From positions 9,238,001 to 9,302,000 of the forward strand of contig JBHGNT010000018.1 in the NCBI GenBank assembly GCA_043228905.1: DNA of 64,000 nt, in the 5' to 3' direction. Made by a program: the position numbers and the translations under genes. The stretch comes from Azolla caroliniana (lineage: Eukaryota; Plantae; Polypodiophyta). Under the pieces are notes generated by a model. It worked only from the letters and a program-made list of their open reading frames with translations, was not told the origin of the DNA and made no database searches. The first letter of the stretch is position 1. Each line of letters begins with the position of its first letter. Below, piece after piece: positions 48,901 to 63,015 of this stretch.

Positions 48901-51513
48901 CCTTCTGCTTGTCCGAGTAGCCGACCAAGATACATTTCTCAGCCTTTGCGTCCAGCTTCCTCTGTTTCTCCTTCGGCACATGCACATACGCAATGCTACT
49001 GAAAACTCGTAAGTGTCGCAAGTTCAACTTCCTTCCGAAATATAGATAGTGCGCCGACACTTTGTCTCCGATCCGGTTTTGGATGTATACTACGGTCCTT
49101 ACTGCCTCGGCCCAGTAGAACTTGGGCAAGCTCTTTTCTTCTAGCATTGCTCGTGCCGCTTCCACAACCGACTGATTTTTCCTCTCGGCCACTCCGTTTT
49201 GCTCCAGCGTGTATCTACAACTGAATTCACGCTGAATTCCCATTTGTTGTAGATAACCATTGAATTGACCGGAAAAGTATTCTTTTCCACCATCCGACCG
49301 CAGGCACTTGATCTTTCTTCCTGTTTCCGTTTCCCCAAACCCTTTGAGGTCCCTGAAAGAGTCGAAGACTTCGCTCTTCCTCTCAATGAGGTAGATCCAC
49401 GTGTGTCGCGTGTAGTTGTCGATGAAGGAGACGAAATATCGGCTCCCGCCAAGACTAATGTTTTGTGCTGGCCCCCACACATCGGAGTGTACCAAGTCGA
49501 GCTTGTTCCGGCTCCGGTTACGCTCATTGGGGAAAGGAAGTCGGTGTTGCTTCCCAAGCTGGCAGGCTTCACAAATTTGTGCCTTCCGGCCACTAAATTT
49601 GGGCAATCTGAACACCATTTGTTTCGATTGCAGGTCTTAAAGCCGCTGGTAGTTGACGTGGCCTATCTGCTTGTGCCATAAGTCGATGTCCGACTCGACT
49701 TTTTGTCCCTTCGCGAACATTGCGGTGCCACTGTCAGTAGAGTCGAGGATGAACATCCTCCCATCTCTGCGCCCTTGCGCAATAACACAGCCTTCTTCCT
49801 CAATGAAGCACCCGAGGTGTGTAAACCGAACCTGCATCCCCTGGTCGACGATCTGCCCAACCGACACCAGATTCTTCGTGATTGTCGAGACGTGTAACAC
49901 ATTCATAAGTTTCCCTTTCTGCCCAACATGGCTCAGGGGAACTTCACCGACATTCGAGATCGGATGCGGGGTGTGGTCTCCGGTTGCGACTACTCCTGGT
50001 TGCGTCGGTTTCTCAAGGTATGAGAACCACTCCTCGTGGCACATCATGTGGTTTGACGCGCCAGAGTCAACGTACCACACCTCCTCCGACTTCGGGGTGA
50101 TCTTCTTCATTGAGTTTGCTTCATGTCTCGTTACGAAGACTGACCCTTTTCCGGCTTCTCCGGATCCTTTGGCGTAGTGCAATTGTTGCCGATTTCCTTT
50201 GTCGGTCTGTCCGGAACCTGTTCTGGACCCGGTTCTGTCCGAATCGGCGCGCTTTTTCCAGCACTCGCTCTCCCTGTGGCCTTTCTTGCCATAGTACTAG
50301 CATTCAACGGCGGATTTCCCTTGTTGGTTCTCGTCGCCTCGACTCCCCCTGTTTCCAGAGGGTCAGGAATTGCTGTCGGCATCACTTCGATGCCTTCTTC
50401 CTTGATCCCGTCGACCGCCTCCATTGCGTACTGACTCGCCTAGTCCGCCACGACCACCGGGCCTATCTCCCTCCGTGTACAACATCTTGTTGTCGGCATG
50501 CGTGCTTGTCAACGTGCCCGCGTGGTTCTCCTCTATAAGGAGCATCGATTGTAAGTCGAAAAACGACGGCGTATTCTCCCGTGTACACATAGCAGTTCGG
50601 AACACTCCGAACTTTGACGCCAAACCCCCGAGACAGACCTGGACCATCTCGCTTTCCTCGATGTTCACATTGATGGAAGCTAAGGATTCGCATATGTCCT
50701 TGATCTTCGAGGTATAATCAGCCACCGACAAATCGCGTTGTCGTAGGTTGCTTAACTCCTGTCGGAGCTGAAGCTTCCTGGCTGTGGTGCTCGCGGCGAA
50801 GATCTTCTTCAGATTTTCCCACGCACCCTTCGGCGTTTTTGCATCCCGAACGTAGCTTAATAGTTGTTCGCCCACACAAGACGTGAAACAGTACAGCACT
50901 CTGCTCGCCGATTGTTCCCACACCGGGAAGTCTTCGTGTGTCGATTCGGGTGCCACGTCATTCGCTCCTTTGACATAGCTCCAATAACCGTGCCCAAGCA
51001 GGTATTGGTGCATCTTGTAGGACCAAGATGCGTAGTTGGTTCTGTCGAGCTTCTCCGTCGGAAGCAAGCTAGCCATTCCCCTGTCCATCGGTTTTCTTGT
51101 TCTTCTTCGTTGGTTTTTCCTTCAAGCAAAGTCGGCTGCAGAGGTTCTCAACCCTCGCGCTCTGATACCATGAAAAGAATGACGTGCGGAAGCAATATAG
51201 GAAACCGAACAACAAAAAACACAGGTTTAATGGAAAGCTTAGGTTTGCATAGTACGCACGGGAGAGAGAGAGAGAGAGAGAGAGAGTAAACACAAGAACT
51301 TAATTCAAAAATAATACTCGATCTGTACATCGTGTGTGTTCAATGAACACTTTTATACAAGTCCTTTTCGTACTGACAGAAGTACTGACAGTACTTCAAT
51401 GCTCATTAAGGAGCCCCTACACTAACTCCCAAATATATTCCTTGCAAAATATCTTTCTGATGGCCTCCCAATTTCTGCACCGATCCGGCCGATGTTGAGC
51501 TTGTCTCTCAACA
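45921..51513 (-). mobile_element. Near full-length Ty1/Copia element F
   Basis: TSD GTAAA (45916-45920, 51514-51518), LTRs 45921-46299 and 51171-51513, Met PBS 51159-51170, PPT at 46300-46311, gag-PR-INT-RT-RH order. Confidence 0.96.
46364..51088 (-). pseudogene. Copia F gag-pol with several stops and frameshifts
   Basis: [56 protein letters not shown]. Confidence 0.93.
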
Positions 51514-52869
51514 GTAAATCTACGATCCCATCTCATCATTTTCTAATACTAATGTAGTATCTTTTTTTTGAAAAAAAAAGGGATATGTAATGACATTATG
51601 TATGCGTTAACACCACACAAATAGTAAGAAACCTTAGTGTGAAGCTCTTAGAGTTTAATTAGATGATTCTCAATAGTGGAATTCGTTGACAATTCTACAA
51701 CACTTGGGCATAGTCTACAGATGAGGACGACCTATGTCAACAAGGTTGTTACATTATACATTACTTCTAATCTACATGCCATCAAACTATGGTCTCTAAA
51801 CAAGTGACAAAACCAAGATTGCCAGTTAAAGTTTTTGCTTTCATGACAAGTTTGTTACAATATATATTATTTCTCCTAATCTACATGTCATCAAATTAAT
51901 GAACTCTCGGTGTTTAAACAATTGACAAAACTATCTCAACTATAGCTTGATTAATTCTCGCTTTTCTCTTTTTCTTTGTATGTGTCTAAAAATATTTCCA
52001 ATTTGGTTCCATACTAATATTTGACTTTCAACGTCAATAATAAAATTTTGGTATGTTTGTGCATGAGGATATGTGTGTGAAAACATATCATTATATTTAT
52101 TGCACATAAAAATACTATATTATTAATGCAACTAATTTAGTGTCACAACTACATAAGTCGAGGGACATGTTGAAATACTTGGCATCCTCAATCATTCTAT
52201 AGAAAAAACATGTTCCACGTGGAACATGTATGTGGCTCTCTCTACACCCATTTGTAGCAGGGATTTCCTTTGCATTGGCTTTATGATTAAGTTTTAACTA
52301 TGCATTAAGTTTATGAGGGACCATTTTAAAGAGATTCATTCTTACAATTGCATTAACGTACTTTACATGTCAACCCAAATTTTATGCTTTAATGCCTTTT
52401 GAAAACATGAGGGCTCAATTAAATTATCAATGTGTTTAGCCATAAAATAATGGTTTGAGATCAATGTTTTATAGGTAGCTCACTCAAGTTTACTTACTCT
52501 TTATGACATCTTGGTCAATTATCCATTTAGAATATGTGACATTTTCCCATATGTCAACCACTTCTTCCTCATCTTCTCCTATTGACACAACTTTAGCTTT
52601 TGATGCTGAATGGATGTTCATAAAAACTTTGACTCTTTCCCATGTGTCAACCACATCTTCTTCATCTTCTCCATGTTTGTAAAAATTTGACTATGTCAAT
52701 GACAAATTATGATTTTTGTTGATCGACAATTTAAGACTTGAGAGGGACCATTCATGTGCAAAATATTTGCATTGAAAGACCTTTAACTTTTTGCATTATG
52801 CTTAATGGAGTTTCCTTTCCAAGCAATTTAGTAGCCAAGTTTAATCATTCAAATGATTATACATGGGCT

Positions 52870-53450
52870 TTGTTTGGTGTTTATTACCATGACCCTCAAT
52901 GTAATGCATAAATTTATTGCTCATATATTTTTCTTCTTCTTTTCCAAAGCAAAAAATTCCTTGCATTAGTTGTAAAAGTTTACAGTTGTGAATGTTATAT
53001 AAATATCATAGAAGGGGCTAGATAGTTCCTTCCTATGTAGAGGCCCATTGATTCAAGAAAGAGAGAGGATGACCATTGTTGGATGAAGAATAAGGGTTGT
53101 CTTTGGGCTCCTTCGGATCCGCCTATGATGCTCATATATTCTTTGCCACCACAAATCCTTAGTGTTTTAATAACTATATCAAAATGGTTTTTGACCTTTA
53201 AAGCAGACAATCAAGTACATATAGAAAAAATCATCAATAAAGGTTAACAAATACCTTGACCTATTAATACCATCAAAATTGCTTGGATGTTGGAGAGGTT
53301 TATAGACATTAAGCTCATTTGCGCTACCATCAGTTCTAGCACTTTTCTTTTTAACACAAGACTCATCACAAAAAACCATACAACATTTTGTACGTTTCGT
53401 TTACTTCAATTCCATTGCCAAGATTTTCTCATTGTGCTTGCCAAGTGCTA
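52870..53450 (-). mobile_element. Old Copia integrase relic
   Basis: RYLLTFIDDF and IKTLRICGGKEY in ORFs 53179-53379 and 52995-53210. Confidence 0.65.
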
Positions 53451-53564
53451 TATGGTGGCCCCCAACCCCCCAACAAGGGATGACAAAGAAGATAAGAGAA
53501 AGAAGAGAGTAATAACTAAAAATAATTACTTTTTTGGAACATGGTTGTTTATGTACCTATATTT

Positions 53565-54285
53565 AACATTTAAATACGTATAGTACCTAATAATTTGTAT
53601 AGTACGTATTATACCTCAATGTTGTTCAATCAAATATCACGTACATTTGTCCAATACGATATTTAACATACATTTGAAAAAACAGGTATAATACGTATTT
53701 ATAAAAAAATGTAAGTAAAACCCCAACAAAAAGCAAAAGAAAAAAAAGATTTTAGTGAAAAAGAAGAACGGAAGAGATGACGACGAAGAAGAAGAAAAAG
53801 AGAGAAAAGAAGACAAAAACATGTCCTTGACTGTGAGTGTGATAATCACAAAAGATAGAAGAAGAAGAAGAAGACAGAAACGTATCTTGAGTGTGATAAT
53901 TGTAGATGATTCTTCAATCTATGAAGGCATAATCGTAAATAATTACAATTTGAAGTAAAACATCGTGATACACACTTACATTGATTTATAGAATAAGTGA
54001 ATGTCGGCATCCATATTTATAAGTATTTTAGGGTGTGAAATGTTCAAATGTCTTATATGCATTTTAGGATGTAGAACTATAATGTCCATCACAAAAAACA
54101 TAGATGCTTTTTATAATATTTCAAATATTTTTCAAATTGTAGAAGTATTTAACGTAAAATACGTATTTTATAAGTATTTAACATATTAACAAACGTATTT
54201 AACGGATTTTTAAATTGGGAGGTACTATACATGTATTAATACGTTATATCTGTATGGTATCCGTACCGTATCTAACATACCTAAC
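53565..54285. mobile_element. Degenerate non-autonomous DNA transposon (MITE-like)
   Basis: Clusters of ACGTATT/GTATC motifs near both ends around an AT/GAA-rich core; TIRs not resolved. Confidence 0.4.
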
Positions 54286-57200
54286 AACCTTGTTTTGGAA
54301 TGATATACATCATCAATACATTTCACCCTCCCTACTAAGAAAGAAGTTTCCCGTTCATGTGGATTATAGTTGTTTGTTGTACCTAGTTGTTTGTTGGATA
54401 TGAAATGTCCAAGAATTTGAGATTCCAATATTTCACATGCCAATATGCATTAAAGGATTACTTGTCAAGGTTCAAAATAGGCCAACGTAGTATGTTCGTA
54501 CTCCACATTAACTCTTGTACCAATTTCACCAATCAAACTCAAGCCATTTGGTCTTGACAATGCATGTCCTTGTAAAAAAAACCTCCTCTTCCTCCTTAAG
54601 TCCATATTCACGCTATGAGATAATTGATTCTCTAGTTTTTTGTCCTAGTTTCATATTGATTCCACAAATTTCTCTAAGCATACATATGTAGTGAATCAAT
54701 GTCAATACTGAATTTGTTATATGACCATCAACATCTTCAATGTTGGGAGGACACTTGACCATTGGAGACTTTGGAACTAGAGTTTCATCTACAATGCTTT
54801 GACTTTAATCATAGTATCTACAAGCTCATGGGAACTCAAAGTGATACTCATCTTGAAGTATTACAATGTGTAGTCTATTTCATCAAGCTCACTTTCAAAA
54901 GCGCGACCATTGCTTCAACCTTCCACTTGATGTCATTTGCTTTGCTTCACAAAACATTGAATATCATTCATGTTGAGATATCAAGCTCAACTAGGTTTAG
55001 TTATATTGGTCAAACATGTAACTTAGTAGTTACATAAATAGAATCTAGTTAGAGTGTTTTAGACTTTAAACCCTTAAATGGGATTAAATTTTTGTACTTG
55101 TACTTAAGTGCGATACATTCTAGATCCCCCACTCCCAAGTTCATTTAATATAGGACTTACATCCTTGTACCTATATTCTCCTCACACATGTGCACCAATG
55201 TTGGGAAAAGTTTATAACCCCGAACGAAAATTTTCCTGCTTCTTATGATTCTAACCAGAAATTAAAAAATTTAACCGACCACTTTCCTACTAGTGATAAT
55301 GTCAACCAGAACATGCTAAAAACATTTTTTTTGCACATACCAAATTTTTTTTAGCACAAGATGAGGTAGCAACATAGATAGAGGACATTATATGAAGCAA
55401 ATTTACAAGCATAAATGGGCATTTCTCTATGAACACGCCACCAAGAATATGCATCTTTGGCTATCCTTGAACTTTGACACACTTCCTCCCCTACCCTTAT
55501 GTATGATGCAACCATATGGCTTTAAGATGCCCCATGTACATATGGACATAGAGAGTCCACTAATCATTATATTGTCCTAGATAATATATATCAAAGTATC
55601 CATTCCACATGAGATCATTTGAGTTCAATTAACAAAACCTTCCCCCCTTGATAATAGAAGCATTGTTCCATGAATCCAAAACAATCATTGATACTATTAA
55701 ACCCATTTAGTGAGTTGTAACATTTTAGTCCAAACATTGTTATTGGCCAGTTTTCACAAATGTGAAAAAGGTCAAGGCAAAATAATGGTACTACAAAGAA
55801 AAACAAATATACAAAAGCTACACATGTGGATATTGATAGTTGGATCAATTTAGGAAACTAGGATACATATTCTTTTTCATTCACTACAAAAAGACAACTA
55901 TGCAAGAAAATTACTTCTTATCACCCCCATGATAATAAAGAATATAGATGCTAACCATGAGACACGCTATTAAGAATGTCATGCTCTTGCGAAAGTCGAA
56001 AGATACATCCTTTTCCTTCTCCTTTCAATGAAGAAAGCCACCTCACTAAAATGGAAACATGGTGAGAAATTATCTCCATGATCTGGTGTTGGTATGACAC
56101 ATATGCCTTATATCCTTGTATGCGCAGCCTTTGTTCTCATCAACATTCCTTTGCTTTCCCAAAATGCCCCCCCATCACGTTGTCAGTGGAGGTATGAAGC
56201 AATGGAAGAAAACATGTGTGATTGCCACTGCTTCCCACATGATAAATACAAGTTTCCTTTCATTTACTCATCTAGGTCTCAAGCATAAACCGTTCACATT
56301 TGATATTTTCCAATTAATCTTATTGTATATCATTGTTGATTTAAGGACTTTCAGATAATATATTAGATAGAAAACAAGAATTGCGGCCCAAACCTACAAT
56401 ATATCCATCACAACATCTTGAATGTCCAATAGAAATCGATCCTCTTGCATGTTTATGATTTTGTATATTATTTGTGTGCAACAATTTTTTTTCCTAATGT
56501 TTAATTTCCCCATCCCTGATGCAAGATAATGCAAAGCTAATTTACAAACTCACCCATCCCTATTTCAATCCTTCATATACTCAAATTACATAAAACTTGT
56601 GAGGTATAACAAGCTTGAAACTACCTAAATAATTTCACTCTCAAACCAGCTTTATTTTCAAACATATCATGGAAGCTTTCAAACAAGGGTAAGAGTTTAC
56701 CGTATGAATCATGTCCTCACTATATCCACCAGTCTGCACATACAATGTCCAAAACATGTCCATCATAATCACCAATAATGTCCAAAACATGTATCAAATT
56801 CAAAACTTCATCCAATAATGTCCAAAGAAAGAGTAATACGAATCCTGTGTAATGCCTACTGTGGTTCTTCAAAACCCAACTTTCTAGGCTTCATAGCTAG
56901 TGGCATAGTCATTGTCATTCTGTATAATCGATCCCTCAAGACAGACATGGAGAAGGTTTGTTTGCTTAGTGGAAGAAAGAGACGCTACTTCTGTTGATCT
57001 CTCTCTCTCTCACTCCATAGTTCCTACATTAACATATTCTGCAAACGATGAGACGGACGATACTCTTGGTAGGTGGAGAGTAGATTCCGGTTCAAAAAAT
57101 ATGAACCGGATAGATTCCGGTTGATACGAAAACTTGGTGTGTCCCCAACCTAACCGGAACTCTAACATTGTTCCTAGGACTTTGCCCAACACTGATGTGC

Positions 57201-60200
57201 ACCCATGCACATGAGATGTATATATACATCATTATGGGCATATATTGTATTTGATGATGTTTATTAATATAGTTGAAAGGTCTTCAAGTACACACTTGTT
57301 AATCATCCCCCATTTGCCTTATTGTTCATAAGTGTATTTCCTCTATATCTCTCATTTAACTTCCTTAATCTCACACACACACATACACACACATATCACA
57401 TTGTCTTCCGTTGCTTAATCACGTATGTGATTAACTATTCACATAATTAGATAGTAATTAACCCTTAATTAACTTCCTAATTATTAACAATTCCCTTAAT
57501 TGACCATGCGTCTACTTGAATCTCTTCCTCCACCTCTTGTCGTCATACACGTCCATAAGCTATATATAAGTTCCAATACCAAACATTGCATGGATAAGTT
57601 ATGCACAACCAAATCAAAAGGACATAAAAATACAAAGGAAACTACATATGTTATACTACGTCATCGAGTTCCTAAGTGTGATTACAATAAAGGGACAATA
57701 TAATCAATATGTAAGCTTATGTGCTCCTAACCAAGTAGACACAATACAACACATGATGTGAAGCAAATTTACAACTTTAATTCTCTTAAATAGGATTTCA
57801 TTGACTAACTAACCCCAAACAATTATGTTCAAGCAAAGGATTAGCTTCCTAAGCATGCCTTTTTTGTTGATCATAATCAAGGGGTTGACTAACACATGTT
57901 CACACTAACTATTTGCATTCTGCCAACTTGTGTTGATCAAATTCTCTATTCTTGATCCACTTCGTCTCTCACTTTTCTTTTTTCTTTTTTTTCAATAATT
58001 TATGTTTGTATTAAAACAAAATATAAACCTTATTATCTCAACCCTCTTAGGTGTTTGTTGTAATATTAGATGGCATAAATCTAACTCTTGTGGGAACAAG
58101 CTACCCATACAAAGTCGTGATAACTTTCAGCTTGCATAATTGTTGTAGTACCCCACGAAATCCATCAAACAAGAACCCACTTCTCAAGCTAATTATACCA
58201 CATCCCCCAATAACTATTATAGCCAAACACCACCTAATATGATTGACTAGTGTGCAGGGTTGTAACAACATCAATGGAAACCCATATAGAAGGTGACAAA
58301 CATTTCTAGTTAATGATGCCCAAATTTGTGATATAACAAACCAAATGGCATTAGTAATAAGGCATGTAATATACACGTGTCTGCCATCTTCCTCAATCAT
58401 TGTACAAAAAAACATGTAGCATTCAAAATATATCTTCATTTTAAAGTCATTGTCAAAGGAAATTCATCAACCATTGCACATCAACAAAACACGTTTGTAC
58501 CAAATGGAATATGAGAATGTCATTTTCGTCTAAAACTCGACACCGCCATTTTACATATTAGGTAACGTGCCATGTATCCAAAACCTTCTTTGATAATCAA
58601 GATCTACCTTCAACCAACTTACGATATAATCATTAGTGTACACCACAAATATTGCTTTTTCACGACCTAATGACAAATCGTTCCATGGTTCCTTGAGCAT
58701 CGACTAACTTTGAAACTATGGAATTTAGAATAGGCAATGCCAAATATTGATTGCTAAATATAAATACATCCATGTGGTATATGAAACCTAATTTGCGTTG
58801 TCCAAAATACTATCATTCAATGCCTAGGTGACTCTATAATAGCATCTTCCATAGTACCAAGTCAAACCTTACCATTTAATTGAACTTTGACTTGAGACTT
58901 TCTTTTCCATCCCTATGAGGTTGTCATTACCTTTGTTGCCAAAAAATTACGAACTTTTCTACACTTATAGGGATTCCAATTAAACAATTTCAAACATTGT
59001 CACCAAGAGCGCGCTATTTATTGAACCACAATAGATTCTTAACATTTAAATGTCCAAGTATTATTAACAACATGCCACCACAAAGCTAAAATTCTACTAT
59101 TCCCATGGTATATATCCACCTTTTCCACAAAATGACAAATCATTTTCGCCCAAGGTTGAGTACCTTTGCACATACCTGTCAAGAGATTAGAATTTTGACC
59201 AACAATAAAATCTTCTAAATTTAGTAAGTTGTTCCCCATAAGTATTTTGGAATACATTCATGACTCCATGAAACCCAACTCATGCCAAGTTTGAATTTTT
59301 CTTCATAATATATATTTTAGGGAACGTCTCAAATGATCAAGTGATTTCTTTGTCCATTGTAATTGTGACAAAGAATTTGGAATCATTGTTGCTTGTACCA
59401 CTTTGAGACGAGTACCAAATAGTCAAGCTTGAAATTTCCAATGGATAAACTCATGTAAAATTGTACTCCATTTTCGAAAGAAACTTAAAGATGGCGAGAT
59501 TATAGATATCAACACGAATTGGGTAACCTAAAGTGGCGACACACATTCTCTTGATCTAATATTTCTACATTTCCATGGTTTTAGCTATATTATGAAGTAA
59601 AGGTTTGAGAAACAAGAATGAATAATTTGCCATTGTGTGAGTTATCAATTGTTTGTCTCTATATGAATGGAAGTAGTCCCCATGGAAAGAGTTTGAAAAT
59701 GTCCAAAAGCATTTTCTTACAAAGTTTCTCCAAGTTTCTACTCTTTGAGATGGGATCATATCCCATTAGGATCATGGCCATGGAAATGGTTGTCGAATAT
59801 GTGCCAAAGTTCTAAAAAGTCGCTTACATTGACTTCCAAGACTCGCATGGAAAGCAAGCAAAAAAATCTAAAAGAAGCATAAATTTTCTTTTGTGTTCTG
59901 GTTTGATGTGATAAGATTGCTTCATGGTGCATCAAAAGATTCCTCTATGAATGGAATGCTTCATGGGCCTTTTGCAATGCCAATGTATCATAGCATGGAA
60001 CAATTTTGGAGGTCCACATTTCAACAATTTCCTACATTTTTTGCGCTTAACTACAAAGCCATGTTCTTTGTCTAACATGCAAACCACACACACCAACACA
60101 TGTTAAAGCTCATTTGAACCATTGCTTCCATATGGCTTAGCTCACATTTGCTTCAATGTGAGACAAGACATTTCGAGCACAAGTGACGAGACTAATAAGC

Positions 60201-60737
60201 TGCACACATTTCCCCTTAAAGTTAGGGAGTAAGTATCACACTTTGATACAATGCTTTGCCTTTGATCACATTTGACAACATTGTTTATACATATCCAATC
60301 TGTAATGCACGAATTTCTCACACTCGCAATGTGCAGTCTCAATTATGACACTCATTAGTAAAGTTAAACATTCGAGAGTTGCTGTTCATTTTCACACTAG
60401 TTTTATGTGAAAAACATTATATTTTTGGTCTCATAGTTCATATTTGACCTTCAAAGATGAGGATCTCTCTCTCTCTCCATATATATATATATATATATAT
60501 GTTGAAGGATTTACATTGTCACCATGCTCATTTTCATAATGGGGGGTATGGGAGATACATAGAGTCATAGCAGACCCTCTCTTTCTAAGCCAAACGTTTA
60601 TTTGTCTATGTCTCTCTTTCATTATTTGTTAGACTATAACCATGCCTCAAAAAGGGGACAATTTTATCCACTCAACATCTTCATCAAATGTATGTGTCTC
60701 AATCGACGAGGTCCGTGCCACAAAAGGGCACACAGAT

Positions 60738-61181
60738 AACAATCGACAACGGTTCGGTTTGAGTGTCAAAACTGAACCGTTAATTTTTTTTGAAACTCGA
60801 ACTGAACCATGAAACCGTAAAATCGAACTGTTAGGTAAAAATCCGAACCGCTAAAACCGTAGTTTCGTGGTTTGGTTTTGGTTTTCAACTTAGGTTAAAA
60901 TTCAAAATTTCAATTTAAAATTGTAAAATTTTTCATTATTTCAAATTTTAATTTTTCAAAAATTTAAAAGGTTTTTCCTAAAATGTGAGAATTACCGTCA
61001 AAATGAAAAGGTTGTTTTAAAAATATATTTAAAAACAAGCAAACCGTGTAAATCCCGGTTTCAAACCGTTAAAAACGAATCGAACCATTCAACCCCCCCC
61101 CCCCCCCCCCCCAATTGAACCGAATTGTTAAAAAACTTGAACCTTAACCGAACCGTTTAAACCGAGCTGTTGCCGATTGTT
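60738..61181. mobile_element. hAT-like MITE upstream of PP2C
   Basis: 23-bp TIR AACAATCGACAACGGTTCGGTTT vs AAACCGAGCTGTTGCCGATTGTT (3 mismatches), 8-bp imperfect TSD ACACAGAT/ACATAGAA, many AACCG subterminal motifs, poly-C at ~61093-61112. Confidence 0.8.
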
Positions 61182-61329
61182 ACATAGAAATCCAAGAGTA
61201 GAGTAGAGTCTCTAACTTAGACATGGGATGTAAGTGGAAGTGTGTGTCCAAAAGTCTTGTGGAAGTAAAAGGTCCATCCATCCATCCATGTACCACCGCT
61301 CAAAAAAGGCCTCTTTTTTATCCACTCTC

Positions 61330-61452
61330 CCATCCATCCATCCATCCATCCATCCATATCCATCCATCTACTACTACTCCTACTCCTACTACTACTCCTA
61401 CTACTAGTAGCAAGTCGTGTATGTACATATGTATTTTCGGTGGGCGGTTAGA

Positions 61453-61543
<91 letters not shown>

Positions 61544-61700
61544 CGCGACAGAGGAAACGGACAAAAACTATACATACTCATACATACTCATACATACATA
61601 CATACATGTGTGCGAATTATCTACAGACTTCTTTTCTATCCAAGTGGTTCTCTCTCTCTCTCTCTCTCTCTCACATACACACACACACACACACACAGAC
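61330..61700. repeat. Compound microsatellite cluster: (ATCC)n, (CTACT)n-like, (CT)n(CA)n, (CATA)n
   Basis: Direct reading; lies in the PP2C promoter/5' UTR region. Confidence 0.92.
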
Positions 61701-63015
61701 AGAGGAAAATAATATATACATTTGTATACGCAGAGGAATACAAAGGAAAGAAGGCAGAGAAGAAGACTATTATTACTCCCGCATAATCCACAGAAGCAAC
61801 TGACTAACAGGTGAAGTTCTCCCTCCCTCCTTCCCTCCCTACCGCATATATATACTGTCCGGAATTTGCGAGAAGTCTTGTCTGTTTCCTGCGGGGAATC
61901 GATCGGATTCTTCTTTGGTTTTTGTGGGTATCTTGATGGATTTCTTATTTGGTTTTTCTGGAAATTTGATCGGTTTGCCGGGAATTCTTCCTGTCTCTTT
62001 TCTGGTTGGGGGAATTTTCTCTTCTTCTGCAGAATTCTGGATGTGGATTTGTGTGTTCGAAATAGTTTTGTTTCCTGTGTGTTGGGGGATCTTGTGAGAA
62101 GATCTTGAGAAGGTGATTCTGTTTCCTATGTCAGTATTGTGTGGGTGGGTGTTTTTCTCCCCTACTTGGGGGATTTTCTATGTCTTTTCCTCTCTCGAAA
62201 GGGTTCTGCCTCTTTCGTGGATTTGATTGTTTTCTCTTCCGGAAAATGTTCTGGAAAGCCAGACAAACTTGATTGTATATCCTGCTCTCTTTAAACTTGC
62301 TTTGTTGGTTTTTATGCCTTTCTCTGTTTGGTTTTTGCCAGAAGATATCCTTCTGATCTTCTGTTTGCCACAACAATTTAGTGGGAAAATGTTCTGATTC
62401 TGTTCCGTTTCTGTGGGAATGGAAAGGAAAGAAATTTTGTTTCATATGTGGGTTTTGTTGGGTGCAACTGTTTTACTTTCAATGGGGATTTTACGGGAAG
62501 GTATTTTGCTTTAAGTGTATTGGTTTTGTGGGAAAATACTCTATCTCCTGTGTGGGTTCTTCCATGGGGATCTTGTGGGGAAAAATGCGTTTCCTATGTT
62601 GGTTTTAACTGGGTTCTTTTCCAAAAGCTAGTACCTCTTACATGGAAAATTTGTTTCTGTTTTGCAGCTCAATTGTGGACATATTTCCTTTCACTGCAAG
62701 GCGAGTGTAATATTCTTTAGTGGGTAAGAATGGAAATCAATCATTTTAATTTTTTGTTTATTCTAGAGGCATAAAAAAATTCCTTTGCTAATAATGTATC
62801 TTATTGGTTTAATACAAACGTCTTCTCTTACAGGTAATCAATCACTAATTTCGATTCTGTTTATTGGGATTTTTTCCAGATTAAAATTGTTTCTATTCCA
62901 TTTCCAAGAAATTTTTCCTGTAAAATTGCTGCATCCCTGTGATCAGGGCTGCGTCCCAAACTACTTTCCCAAGAGGCTTCCATTCATTCCCTCATGCAAC
63001 TCGGAGGTCAACGAA

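Larger units (their letters stand above)
45050..51535 (+). mobile_element. 3' fragment of C-family Copia (element G): RH end, PPT, 3' LTR from 45171, interrupted near its end by F
   Basis: QIHTNSNGSDMLTK, PPT GGAGTGAAGGGGGA, LTR motif at ~45823-45857; right boundary approximate. Confidence 0.75.

Noticed and set aside
51745-52675. Two short local duplications (~110 bp at 51745-51930, ~88 bp at 52540-52675)
   Set aside because: Two diverged copies each with no associated structure; ordinary intergenic duplication.
61223-61803. ORFs of 187, 128 and 87 aa as genes
   Set aside because: They are open mainly because they run through microsatellites (SLSL, HTHT).
62785-63015. N-terminal extension of PP2C from the ORF track
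   Set aside because: Begins at a non-ATG codon in T-rich intron-like sequence upstream of a likely acceptor at 62946.
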